Part shown: positions 9,723 to 19,538 of the stretch, in pieces | How the letters are laid out: every line of letters starts with the position of its first letter | Position numbering within the stretch: position 1 is the first letter of the stretch | Assembly (NCBI GenBank): GCA_040255215.1 | Contig: JBDZUM010000001.1 | Coordinates: 45,576-109,575, forward strand | Direction of reading: 5' to 3' | Source: Rhodospirillaceae bacterium | Lineage (GTDB): Bacteria > Pseudomonadota > Alphaproteobacteria > Reyranellales > JAQSWP01 | DNA length: 64,000 nucleotides | Notes under the pieces: model-generated | Databases searched by the model: none | What the model was told of the DNA's origin: nothing | What the model saw: only the letters and a program-made list of their open reading frames with translations | Position numbers and translations under genes: made by a program

Positions 9723-11171
9723 TCAATACCCGCTGGGCGGCACGAAGCCCTGGTATTCCTTCTCCAGCATGGCGGCGAAGGCGATGCTCCTGCGGTCGCC
9801 CATGGCCGGCGCGACGATCTGCACGCCGATCGGCAGCCCCTCGCGGCTGAAGCCGATCGGCGCCACGGTCGAGGGCAGGAAGGCGACGCCCGGATAGCCG
9901 GCCCAGAACAGCTGATCGGTGGTCGGCACCTTGCGGCCGTCGACCATGATGGTCCGCTCGTGGCGCTCGCCGACATGGTCGTGCGGGAAGGCGGCGGAAG
10001 CGGCGGCCGGCATCAGCAGGAAATCGTACTCCTCGAAGAACGCCGCCCATTTCAGCCGCATCTTCATGCGCTTTTCGTTGAGCGCCAGCCAGTCGCGATG
10101 GCCCAGCACGTTGGCCCGCGTCATCTGCGCGTAATACGACTTGTCGGTCGGCTTCAGGGCGGCAGCGATCTCCTTGTTCTTCGCGTATTGCTCGTTGGTC
10201 TGCCGGCCCGAGGTCGCCGCCCGCAGCAGGCCGATATAGACGTCCATCGCCTCGTCGGTGTCGATGTCGGGCTTCGCGCCCTGCACCACCTTGACCTTCT
10301 TCTTGCCGAGGAAATCGGCCAGCGCCTGCAGCCTGCCCTGCACCTGCGCGTCGACCGCCGAGTTGCGGTCCTCCAGCATCACGCCGACCTTGAACTGGCG
10401 GAACGCCGTCTTGGCCGGCTTCGGCAGGTCTAGCTTCCAGCCGGCGCCGTCGATGGCGTCGGGCCCCGCCATGGCGGCGAGCGCCACGTCGAGATCGCCG
10501 GCCGAGCGGGCCAGCGGACCGATCACCGAAATATCCCCCGGCGCCACCCGTCCGGGCAGCGCATGGCCGCGCGGGGCGCAGATGCCCCAGGTCGGCTTGT
10601 GACCGAACACGCCGCAGTAATGCGCCGGGTTGCGGATCGAGGCGCCGATATCGGAGCCGGCCTCGATGCCGGTCAGCCCGGCCGCCAGCGCCGCCGCCGA
10701 ACCGCCCGAGGAGCCGCCGGGCGAGCGCGTCACGTCCCAGGGATTGTTGGTGGTGCCGTAGATGGCGTTGTAGCTCTGCCAGTCGGCCAGCATCAGCGGC
10801 ACGTTGGTCTTGCCGAACAGCACGACGCCGGCCGCCTTCAGCCGCTTCACCGGCAGCGAATCCTCGGCGGCGATATTGTCCTTGATGGCGGGATCGCCCC
10901 AGGTGGTCGGCGAACCGGCGACGTCGTAGCTCTCCTTGATGGTCATCGGCACGCCATGCAGCGGCGGCAGCTTGCCGCCCTTCTTCACGGCGCGATCGGC
11001 CGCCTTGGCCTGCTTGCGCGCGCCGTCGCGGTCCATCCAGATGACGGCGTTCAGCTTCGGGTTGAAGCGCTCGATGCGGTCCAGGTAGAGGTCGAGCAGC
11101 TCGAGGCTGGAGACCTTGCCGCGACGGATGAGGCCCGCCAGTTCGCGCGCCGATTTGAATGCGATGTCCAT
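9723..11171 (-). CDS. Amidase (amidase-signature family, GatA-like)
   Basis: Amidase signature GGSSGGSAAALAAGLTGIEAGSDIGASIRNPA and a catalytic Lys context (HGVPMTIKES). 482 aa. Confidence 0.85.
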   Translation of the reverse strand: MDIAFKSARELAGLIRRGKVSSLELLDLYLDRIERFNPKLNAVIWMDRDGARKQAKAADRAVKKGGKLPPLHGVPMTIKESYDVAGSPTTWGDPAIKDNIAAEDSLPVKRLKAAGVVLFGKTNVPLMLADWQSYNAIYGTTNNPWDVTRSPGGSSGGSAAALAAGLTGIEAGSDIGASIRNPAHYCGVFGHKPTWGICAPRGHALPGRVAPGDISVIGPLARSAGDLDVALAAMAGPDAIDGAGWKLDLPKPAKTAFRQFKVGVMLEDRNSAVDAQVQGRLQALADFLGKKKVKVVQGAKPDIDTDEAMDVYIGLLRAATSGRQTNEQYAKNKEIAAALKPTDKSYYAQMTRANVLGHRDWLALNEKRMKMRLKWAAFFEEYDFLLMPAAASAAFPHDHVGERHERTIMVDGRKVPTTDQLFWAGYPGVAFLPSTVAPIGFSREGLPIGVQIVAPAMGDRRSIAFAAMLEKEYQGFVPPSGY

Positions 11172-11229
11172 GCTGCCCCCCCGATGCGATGACGGGGAAA
11201 GATAGCAGATGATCGCGCCCTGTCGCGCC

Positions 11230-12534
11230 TCAGCCGTTGCGCGCCAGCACGGTACCGGCGAGGTAGAGCGAACCGCAGATCAGCACGCGCAACGGCCCCT
11301 GGGCCGTCGCGATCGCCGCCGCCAGCGCGGCCTCCAGCGACGGCGCCGGTTGGCAGGGAATGCCGACGCTGCGGGCGCGTTCGGCCGCCTGCTCGGCGCT
11401 GTAGGCGAGATGACCTTCGATGGTCAGCGCGTGTGCGCCCTGCGCCAGGCCGGAGAGCGGCCGCAGGAAGCCCTGCGCGTCCTTCGTGGTCAGCATGCCG
11501 AAGATCAGGTGCAACGGCCTGGCGTCCTGCGCCGCCCAGCGCCGCGCCATGCCGGCCAGCGCGATGCCGCAATCCTCGTTGTGCCCGCCATCGAGCCACA
11601 GCTCGTCGCCCGGCCGCAGCAGGTCGACCAGCGGGCCACGCTCGAGCCGCTGCAGGCGCGCCGGCCAGTCGACCGTGCCGAGCCCGCGCGCGATGGCGGC
11701 GTCCGGCACGGCGAATTGTGGCAGCCGGTCGAGCACGGCGACGGCGGTGGCGGCATTGTCGATCTGGTGCGCGCCGGCCAGAGCGGGCATCGGCAATGTC
11801 AGCTGCCTGCCGTCGCGGGCGAAGACGAAGCCGTCGGCCTGCGGGCTCACCTGCCATTCGATACCCATGCGAAACAGCGGCGCGCCGCGCCGCGCCGCTT
11901 CGGCCGCGATCACTGCCGCCGCTTCCGCGCGCTGGCGGCCCACGACGACCGGTGCGCCGGGCTTGACGATACCGGCCTTGTTGGCCGCGATCTGCGCCAG
12001 CGTGTCGCCGAGGAACTGCGTATGGTCGATGCCGATCGGCGTGATGGCGACGGCAGCCGGCGCATCGACGACGTTGGTGGCGTCGTAGATACCACCCAAC
12101 CCGACCTCCAGCAGCAGCACGTCGGCCTTGCGACGCGAGAAGGCGAGGAAAGCCGCGGCCGTGGTGATCTCGAAATAGGTGATGGAACGGCCGGCATTGA
12201 CCCGCTCGCATTCCTCCAGGGTCGCCACCAGTTCGTCCTCGGCGATCAGCGCGCCGGCAAGGCGGATGCGTTCGTGGAAGCGCACCAGATGCGGCGAGAT
12301 GTAGACGTGGCAGGCATGGCCCGCCGCTTCGAGCATGGCGCGCAAATAGGCGATCAGCGAGCCCTTGCCGTTGGTGCCGGCAACGTGGATGACCGGCGGC
12401 AGTCGGCGTTCGGGATGGCCGAGATCGGCCAGCAGGCGCTGCAGGCGTTCGAGCGACAGGTCGATGACGCGCGGATGCAGGCCCAGCAGGCGCTCGAGCA
12501 GCTGCTCGCTCGAGACTGTCACGGCGCCGTCCAT
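11230..12534 (-). CDS. folC: Bifunctional folylpolyglutamate synthase / dihydrofolate synthase
   Basis: Mur-ligase P-loop HVAGTNGKGS. 434 aa. Conserved accD-folC adjacency. Confidence 0.85.
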   Translation of the reverse strand: MDGAVTVSSEQLLERLLGLHPRVIDLSLERLQRLLADLGHPERRLPPVIHVAGTNGKGSLIAYLRAMLEAAGHACHVYISPHLVRFHERIRLAGALIAEDELVATLEECERVNAGRSITYFEITTAAAFLAFSRRKADVLLLEVGLGGIYDATNVVDAPAAVAITPIGIDHTQFLGDTLAQIAANKAGIVKPGAPVVVGRQRAEAAAVIAAEAARRGAPLFRMGIEWQVSPQADGFVFARDGRQLTLPMPALAGAHQIDNAATAVAVLDRLPQFAVPDAAIARGLGTVDWPARLQRLERGPLVDLLRPGDELWLDGGHNEDCGIALAGMARRWAAQDARPLHLIFGMLTTKDAQGFLRPLSGLAQGAHALTIEGHLAYSAEQAAERARSVGIPCQPAPSLEAALAAAIATAQGPLRVLICGSLYLAGTVLARNG

Positions 12535-12550
12535 GAGGTCGGATCGGAGG

Positions 12551-13489
12551 CTATTTCACCCGCATCGCGCCGGACAGGCGCTGCACGCCGGCATTGGCGT
12601 TGGCGGCGACCGCGGGCAGGTTCGGCGTCGGCCGTCCCTCGCCCAGCAGCGCCAGCACGCGCACCAGCGTCTCGCGCAGCTGGCGGCGATGCACCACCAT
12701 GTCGATGATGCCGTGGTCGAGCAGGTATTCGGCGCGCTGGAAGCCGTCGGGCAGCTCCTCGCGGATCGTGTCCTGGATGACTCTCTGGCCGGCGAAGCCG
12801 ATCACCGCGCCGGGCTCGGCCATGGCGATGTCGCCCAGCATGGCGAAGGACGCAGTGACGCCACCGGTGGTGGGATCGGTCAGCACCACGATATAGGGCA
12901 GGCCGGCCTCCTTGACCTCCTGCACCGCCACGGTGGTGCGCGGCATCTGCATCAGGCTGAGAATGCCCTCCTGCATGCGCGCGCCGCCGGAAGCGGGAAA
13001 CACGATCAGCGGGCAGCGCTTCTCGACCGCCAGGCGGGCCGCCATGACGATGCCCTCGCCGACGGCGATGCCCATCGAGCCGCCCATGAAGTTGAAGTCG
13101 AACACCGCGGCGACGGCCGACTTGCCGCCCAGCTTGCCGGAGGCGACCCACAGCGCGTCGCTCTCGCCGTTCTTGGCCTGCGCCTCCTTCAGCTTGTCGA
13201 CGTAGCGCTTGCGGTCCTTGAACTTCAGCGGATCGATCACCGCCTTGCTGAGCGCATGCTTCTCGAACTGGCCGTCGTCGAACAGCAGCTCCAGGCGGGT
13301 CTGCGGTCCGATGCGCAGATGGTGATTGCAGAAGGAGCAGACCTGCAGATTGGTCTCCAGGTCGCGATGGAACAGCATCTGCTCGCAGTTGGGGCACTTG
13401 ACCCAAAGATTGTCCGGCGCCGCCGGCTTCTTCTCGCCGCCGACCAGCGCCTTGATCTTGGGACGGACGAAATTCGTAAGCCAGTTCAT
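12551..13489 (-). CDS. accD: Acetyl-CoA carboxylase carboxyltransferase beta subunit
   Basis: N-terminal Zn ribbon (CPNCEQ...CSFCNHH) and a carboxyltransferase core (FMGGSMG). 312 aa. Confidence 0.95.
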   Translation of the reverse strand: MNWLTNFVRPKIKALVGGEKKPAAPDNLWVKCPNCEQMLFHRDLETNLQVCSFCNHHLRIGPQTRLELLFDDGQFEKHALSKAVIDPLKFKDRKRYVDKLKEAQAKNGESDALWVASGKLGGKSAVAAVFDFNFMGGSMGIAVGEGIVMAARLAVEKRCPLIVFPASGGARMQEGILSLMQMPRTTVAVQEVKEAGLPYIVVLTDPTTGGVTASFAMLGDIAMAEPGAVIGFAGQRVIQDTIREELPDGFQRAEYLLDHGIIDMVVHRRQLRETLVRVLALLGEGRPTPNLPAVAANANAGVQRLSGAMRVK

Positions 13490-13590
13490 GGGGTTACCTT
13501 GCCGCCTGCGTTGCCTGCGCGATGCTCTGCCTGCGTTCTACTCCCGCCCCGTGGCGGGGGCAAGGCAGACAAAAGCGGTATCCGGCGGCC

Positions 13591-14426
13591 CTACTCCGCC
13601 GCGCGCTTGCCGCCCCTGACGCCGTCCGCCAGTTCGCGCACGTAGGACAGCACGCCGTCGACCAGGCCCGGCGTCGGCTTGCCGTTGGCGTCGAGCCCGT
13701 CGCGCACCTTGTCGACGACGGCGGAGCCGACGATGGCGGCGTCGGCGATCGAGGAGATCGTGGCGGCCTGCTGCGGGGTGCGGATGCCGAAGCCGACCGC
13801 GAGCGGCAGCTCGGTATGGGCGCGCACATGCGCGATCATCTTGCGGATATGTTCCTCGGTCGCCGAGCGCGTGCCGGTGACGCCGAGAACGGCGACGTTG
13901 TAGATGAAGCCGGAGGCGTATTCGAGGATCGACGGCAGGCGCTTGGCGTCGGTGGTGGGCGCGGTCAGCATCACCGTGTCGATGTCGCAGCGCTGCGCGT
14001 GCGGCTTCAGCTCGCCGGCCTCTTCAGGCGGCAGGTCGACGACGATCAGACCGTCGACGCCGGCGGCGGCGGCCTGCTTGCAGAACAGTTCCGGGCCGCG
14101 CTGGTAGATGATGTTGTAGTAACCCATCAGCAGGATCGGCGTGGTGTCGTCGCCGCTCTCGTCGCGATAGCGGCGCACCAGGCCGAGCGTCGCGTCGAGC
14201 GTGATGCCGCCCTTGAGCGCGCGCTGGCCGGAGGCCTGCACCGAGGGACCGTCGGCCATCGGATCGGAGAACGGCATGCCGAACTCGATCATGTCGGCGC
14301 CAGCTTCCGGCAGGCCCTTGAGGATGCGGTACGAGGTTTCCAGATCGGGATCGCCGGCGGTGATGAAAACGCCCAGACCGCCGCGGCCCTGCCGCTTTAG
14401 GTCGGCGAACAGCGCGGCAATGCGGC

Positions 14427-14430
<4 letters not shown>
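13591..14430 (-). CDS. trpA: Tryptophan synthase alpha chain
   Basis: GTG at 14430 overlaps the trpB stop (GTGA), giving 279 aa. Motifs FITAGDPD and [15 protein letters not shown]. The track ORF (to 14595) is a 5' extension into trpB. Confidence 0.9.
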
Positions 14431-15638
<1,208 letters not shown>

Positions 15639-15779
15639 TGGCTCGATTTCCTGTTGAAGGGCGTGCGTAGCAGACGGCTAAAACCCTGTCAAAGCAGGGA
15701 TTCGCGCGACCTGGGATGTGACGGAGGCGCCGCCGTGATAGCGTTACCGTCGTCGCTTCAGGCCGACCGGGCTACCTCG

Positions 15780-16175
15780 ATGGACGATCAAAATGCCGAC
15801 TGGAAAACGCTGGAGACGTTCTCCTTCGGCGACAGTCCCGAACTGGCCCAGGAGCTGGCCGAGCTGGTCGTCGCCGGCCGGAAGCGCGCCACCTGCTGGC
15901 CGGTCAGCGAGGGCGAACTGACGCATGTCGGCAAGCGCATGGTGGTTCTCGACGGCAAGGGCAAGCCGGTAGCCGTGATCGAAACCGTCGAGCTGACGCA
16001 GAAACGATACGACCAGGTCGATGCGCAGTTCGCGCATGACGAGGGCGAAGGCGATCGCACCCTGGCCTATTGGCGCGAGGCGCACCGCAAATATTTCACC
16101 CGGCTGAAGACCTTCGCGCCCGACATGCTGCTGTGGTGCGAACGCTTTCGCGTCGTGCGGCTTCTGGCGCCCTAG
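15780..16175 (+). CDS. ASCH domain-containing protein
   Basis: ATG 15780 (MDDQNADWKTLETFSFGDSPELAQELAELVVAGRKRATCW...DEGEGDRTLAYWREAHRKYF) resembles ASCH/PUA-like small proteins. Only the C-terminal 131 aa of the 544-aa track ORF is credible; the rest is antisense to trpB. Confidence 0.7.
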   Translation: MDDQNADWKTLETFSFGDSPELAQELAELVVAGRKRATCWPVSEGELTHVGKRMVVLDGKGKPVAVIETVELTQKRYDQVDAQFAHDEGEGDRTLAYWREAHRKYFTRLKTFAPDMLLWCERFRVVRLLAP

Positions 16176-16819
16176 AGCGATTTCGCCACCGCCAGAAAAC
16201 GGCGGATCTTGTCGGGGCTTTTGACGCCCTTGGCGGCCTCGACGCCGGAGGAGACGTCCACGCAGACCGCCCCTGTCGCCGCCACCGCCTCGGCGAGGTT
16301 CTCCGCCGTCAGCCCGCCCGACAGCATCCAGGGCAGCGGCCACTCCTTCTCGGCCAGCAGCTGCCAGTCGAAGGCCAGCCCGTTGCCGCCCGGCAAGGCG
16401 CCCGCCATGTCGGCCGGCGCCTGGGCGTCGAACAGCAGCCGGTCGCTGGCCTCGACGTAGTCGGCGGCGCGCTCGACGTCGGCGGCGCCGGCGATGCGCA
16501 CCGCCTTCATCGTGCGCACGCCGAAGCGCTCGCGGATCTCGGCGACGCGCTGCGGGGATTCATTGCCGTGCAGCTGCAGGAAATCGAGCGGCGCCCGCTC
16601 CAAGGTCGCGGCCAAAGTGGCGTCGTCGGCATCGACGAACAGCCCGACCTTGGCGACATGCGAGGGAATTTTTGCGGACAGGCTGGCGGCCTGAGCCGGC
16701 GTCACGAAGCGCGGGCTGGGCGGATAGAACACCAGCCCGACATAGGCCGCGCCGCCCTCGAGCGCCGCCGCCATGGCCTCGGGCGCGTTGATGCCGCAGA
16801 TCTTGGCCAGCACCGCCAT
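16172..16819 (-). CDS. trpF: Phosphoribosylanthranilate isomerase
   Basis: 215 aa, begins MAVLAKICGI... with a PRAI-like TIM-barrel pattern (GLVFYPPSPR, LQLHG). Lies in the trp cluster directly downstream of pyrF. Confidence 0.9.
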   Translation of the reverse strand: MAVLAKICGINAPEAMAAALEGGAAYVGLVFYPPSPRFVTPAQAASLSAKIPSHVAKVGLFVDADDATLAATLERAPLDFLQLHGNESPQRVAEIRERFGVRTMKAVRIAGAADVERAADYVEASDRLLFDAQAPADMAGALPGGNGLAFDWQLLAEKEWPLPWMLSGGLTAENLAEAVAATGAVCVDVSSGVEAAKGVKSPDKIRRFLAVAKSL

Positions 16820-16822
16820 GGC

Positions 16823-17566
16823 TCAGCCGACGGCGCGCCGCTTCGCGGGATTGACGGCGGCGATTTCGGCCGCGATGGCCTCGGCGGCGGCGCGCGGCGA
16901 AGCCGCGTCCGTAATGGGACGGCCGATGACGAGAAAATCGGCGCCCTTGCCCACCGCCTCGCCCGGCGTCATGACGCGCTTCTGGTCGCCGACGGCCGAA
17001 CCGGCCGGGCGAATACCTGGCACCACTAGAAGGAAATCGTCGCCGCAATCGGCGCGCAGTTCGACGATCTCGAGCGGCGAGCAGATCACCCCGTCCATGC
17101 CGTTATCGCGCGCCAGCGCGGCCATGCGTCGGACCTGCTGCAGCGGGGCATGCGCCACGCCGATGGCCTGAAGATCGCTCTCGTCGAGGCTGGTCAGCAC
17201 GGTGACGCCCAGCAGCTTGGGGCGCGGCACGCCCAATCTGGCCGACGCCTCCTCGGCCGCGTCGCGGGCGGCGCGCAGCATGGCCGGGCCGCCGGTGCAA
17301 TGGATGGTCAGCAGGGTCGGCGCCAACGGCGCCACCGCGCGCACCGCACCGGCCACGGTATTGGGAATGTCGTGCAGCTTGAGATCGAGGAACAGCGGGG
17401 TTTCGCGCCCGACCAGGCGGCGCACCAGGTCCGGCCCGTGCGCCATGAAGAACTCCAGGCCCAGCTTGATACCGCCGACGGCGCCCCGCACCCCGTCGAT
17501 CAGCCGGGCGGAGCGGCCGATATCGACCGTATCGATGGCGCAATAGACCTTGTCCGCTCCGTCCAT
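16823..17566 (-). CDS. pyrF: Orotidine 5'-phosphate decarboxylase
   Basis: Start taken at ATG 17566 (MDGADKVYCAIDT...). Motif FLDLKLHDIPNT. 247 aa. The track ORF to 17902 is a 5' extension. Confidence 0.9.
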   Translation of the reverse strand: MDGADKVYCAIDTVDIGRSARLIDGVRGAVGGIKLGLEFFMAHGPDLVRRLVGRETPLFLDLKLHDIPNTVAGAVRAVAPLAPTLLTIHCTGGPAMLRAARDAAEEASARLGVPRPKLLGVTVLTSLDESDLQAIGVAHAPLQQVRRMAALARDNGMDGVICSPLEIVELRADCGDDFLLVVPGIRPAGSAVGDQKRVMTPGEAVGKGADFLVIGRPITDAASPRAAAEAIAAEIAAVNPAKRRAVG

Positions 17567-17634
17567 GATCACCCTCCGCTCAAGCCCGCGCCGGGTATAA
17601 AGGCAGCGGGCCCGTGGGGCAAGACGCACGGTCC

Positions 17635-18792
17635 TCAGGCCGGCAGCGGCGCCGCCAGCCCGGCCGCGCCGCCGACCCAGCCGGCGAAATCGTCCGGCGA
17701 CACCCGCTCGGCCAGCATTGCGGCGAAACCCTCGCCTATCGCCGAGGCGAACTTGAAGCCGTGGCCCGAGCAGCAGGAGAGAGCCCAGCCGGCCGGGCCG
17801 ATCCGGCTGGCGAGGAAATGCTCGCGCGGCTCGACGGTGTAGAAGCAGGTTTTCAGCCCGACGGTGCGGAAGGCATCGAAGTCGCGCAGCCGGCCGGCGC
17901 ATTGCGCCAGGATGGCCTGCGCCTCTTCCGCCGCCGCTTCCCTATCCCGGTCGGGATCGCCGGTCAGGGTGAAGGAATGGTCGCCGATCTTCATGCCGGT
18001 GCCGCCACCGGGCCGGCCCGGCAGATCGGGCGCGATCACTGGCGGCACCATGTAGAAGCCGGCGCCGTCGCCGATATCGAGCAGCATGGGATGGCGCGCC
18101 CAGGTCTCGGCCGTCGCCGCCGGCGGCTCGATATAGACCACCACCTGGCGCGACGGCATCAGTCGGCTGGCCATGGCCGGCGCCAGCCGGCCGATCCATG
18201 GGCCGGCACAGACCAGCACCAGATCACCACTGACAATCTCGCCGTTTGCCAGGCGCAGGCGCGCCGCTTCGGCGTCGACCTCTGCGACCGGCGTCGCTTC
18301 ACGTATCTGCACGCCCTGACCCTTCAGCCAGGCCGCCAGCGTCACGGTGATGCGGTCGGCCAGCAGCACGCCGCCGGAGCGGAGAAAGAAAGCCTGTTCG
18401 ACCCCGTCCGGCGCGATCATGGGAAAGCGCCGCGCCAGGCTCGCGCGATCGAGCGGTTCGACCTCGTGTCCGTCCGCTTGCAGCAGCGCCTGCGAGGTGG
18501 CGCACCAGTTGGTGCCGGCCTGGCCCAGCGCCAGCGTGCCAGTCTCGATCTGCAGCCGTACGCCCAGGTCGCGCCACAGCCGTTCCCAGGCGGCGTAGGC
18601 GGCGCCGACCATGCGCATGTAACCCGGCGTCTCGCCATAGGCGTAGCGGATCAGCCGGTGGGTATCGCCGGAGGAACCCAGCGCATTGCCGACCGTTGCC
18701 TGCTCGTAGACGGCGACTTCGTGCCCGGCGCGTTTCAGCGCCCAGGCCGCGCACAACCCGTAAATGCCCGCTCCGACGATCAGTATTCGCAT
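17635..18792 (-). CDS. FAD-dependent oxidoreductase (DAO / sarcosine-oxidase-like family)
   Basis: N-terminal dinucleotide-binding motif MRILIVGAGIYGLCAAWAL...VAVYE. 385 aa. Confidence 0.8.
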   Translation of the reverse strand: MRILIVGAGIYGLCAAWALKRAGHEVAVYEQATVGNALGSSGDTHRLIRYAYGETPGYMRMVGAAYAAWERLWRDLGVRLQIETGTLALGQAGTNWCATSQALLQADGHEVEPLDRASLARRFPMIAPDGVEQAFFLRSGGVLLADRITVTLAAWLKGQGVQIREATPVAEVDAEAARLRLANGEIVSGDLVLVCAGPWIGRLAPAMASRLMPSRQVVVYIEPPAATAETWARHPMLLDIGDGAGFYMVPPVIAPDLPGRPGGGTGMKIGDHSFTLTGDPDRDREAAAEEAQAILAQCAGRLRDFDAFRTVGLKTCFYTVEPREHFLASRIGPAGWALSCCSGHGFKFASAIGEGFAAMLAERVSPDDFAGWVGGAAGLAAPLPA

Positions 18793-18902
18793 GCGCCGAT
18801 GCTACAGGAGCCGCCGCCCGCCGGGCGAGCGGCAATGCGGCAGGCGACAAGGCGCTTGCCGCGCGGCAGAATGGCGGCACCAGATTGTGGGGAGTTCGCT
18901 CA

Positions 18903-19511
18903 ATGGCACGTAGCTTGGCGATATTCGCTCTGGCCGCCGGCGCGCTGGCGCTGGTCGCCTCGGTTCCGGCCTCGGCGCAGAGCGTCGGGCGGCTGCAGAC
19001 CAAATCCTATCAGAAGATCGGCAAGCAGAAGGTACAGGTCGACCTAACCCAGGTCGATGCCGGCGAGCTCTATCGCGAGCTGCGCGACCATCTGAAGTCG
19101 GTGCTGGAATCGAGCGGCAATCCGGTTGGCAGCTCCGGCGCGTTGGGCGTGAAGATCGAAGTCAACTACTCGCGGCCGATCGAACCGCCGCCGATCGCGC
19201 CCGATCGCGGGCTGCCCTCGGAACGCCAGACGCCTGGCCTGGGGCAGAGCAGCCCGATCCCGCAGGATCGCACCATCGGCCCGGAGCGGCGCACGCCGTT
19301 GCCGCGCGGCGCAACGGCCGAAAGCGAACGGCTCAATCCGTTGCGCATCAACCTGACCGTCTATCGGGAAAAGGGCGGCGCCGTCATGTGGACCGCCGAA
19401 TCGAGCTGTCCGGTCAGCTTCACCGCCGCCAAGGATGTCGGCCGGCGCATGATCGACCAGATGATCGAACGTCTCGACCGGTCGGTGTCGCTGGCCGCCG
19501 AGTGCGGCTAG
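18903..19511 (+). CDS. Hypothetical secreted protein
   Basis: ATG 18903 gives MARSLAIFALAAGALALVASVPASA/QS (signal peptide). Pro-rich central segment. No family recognised. The track ORF begins earlier, at 18696. Confidence 0.55.
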   Translation: MARSLAIFALAAGALALVASVPASAQSVGRLQTKSYQKIGKQKVQVDLTQVDAGELYRELRDHLKSVLESSGNPVGSSGALGVKIEVNYSRPIEPPPIAPDRGLPSERQTPGLGQSSPIPQDRTIGPERRTPLPRGATAESERLNPLRINLTVYREKGGAVMWTAESSCPVSFTAAKDVGRRMIDQMIERLDRSVSLAAECG

Positions 19512-19538
19512 CTCGACAGATCCTCGGATCCGGATGCC

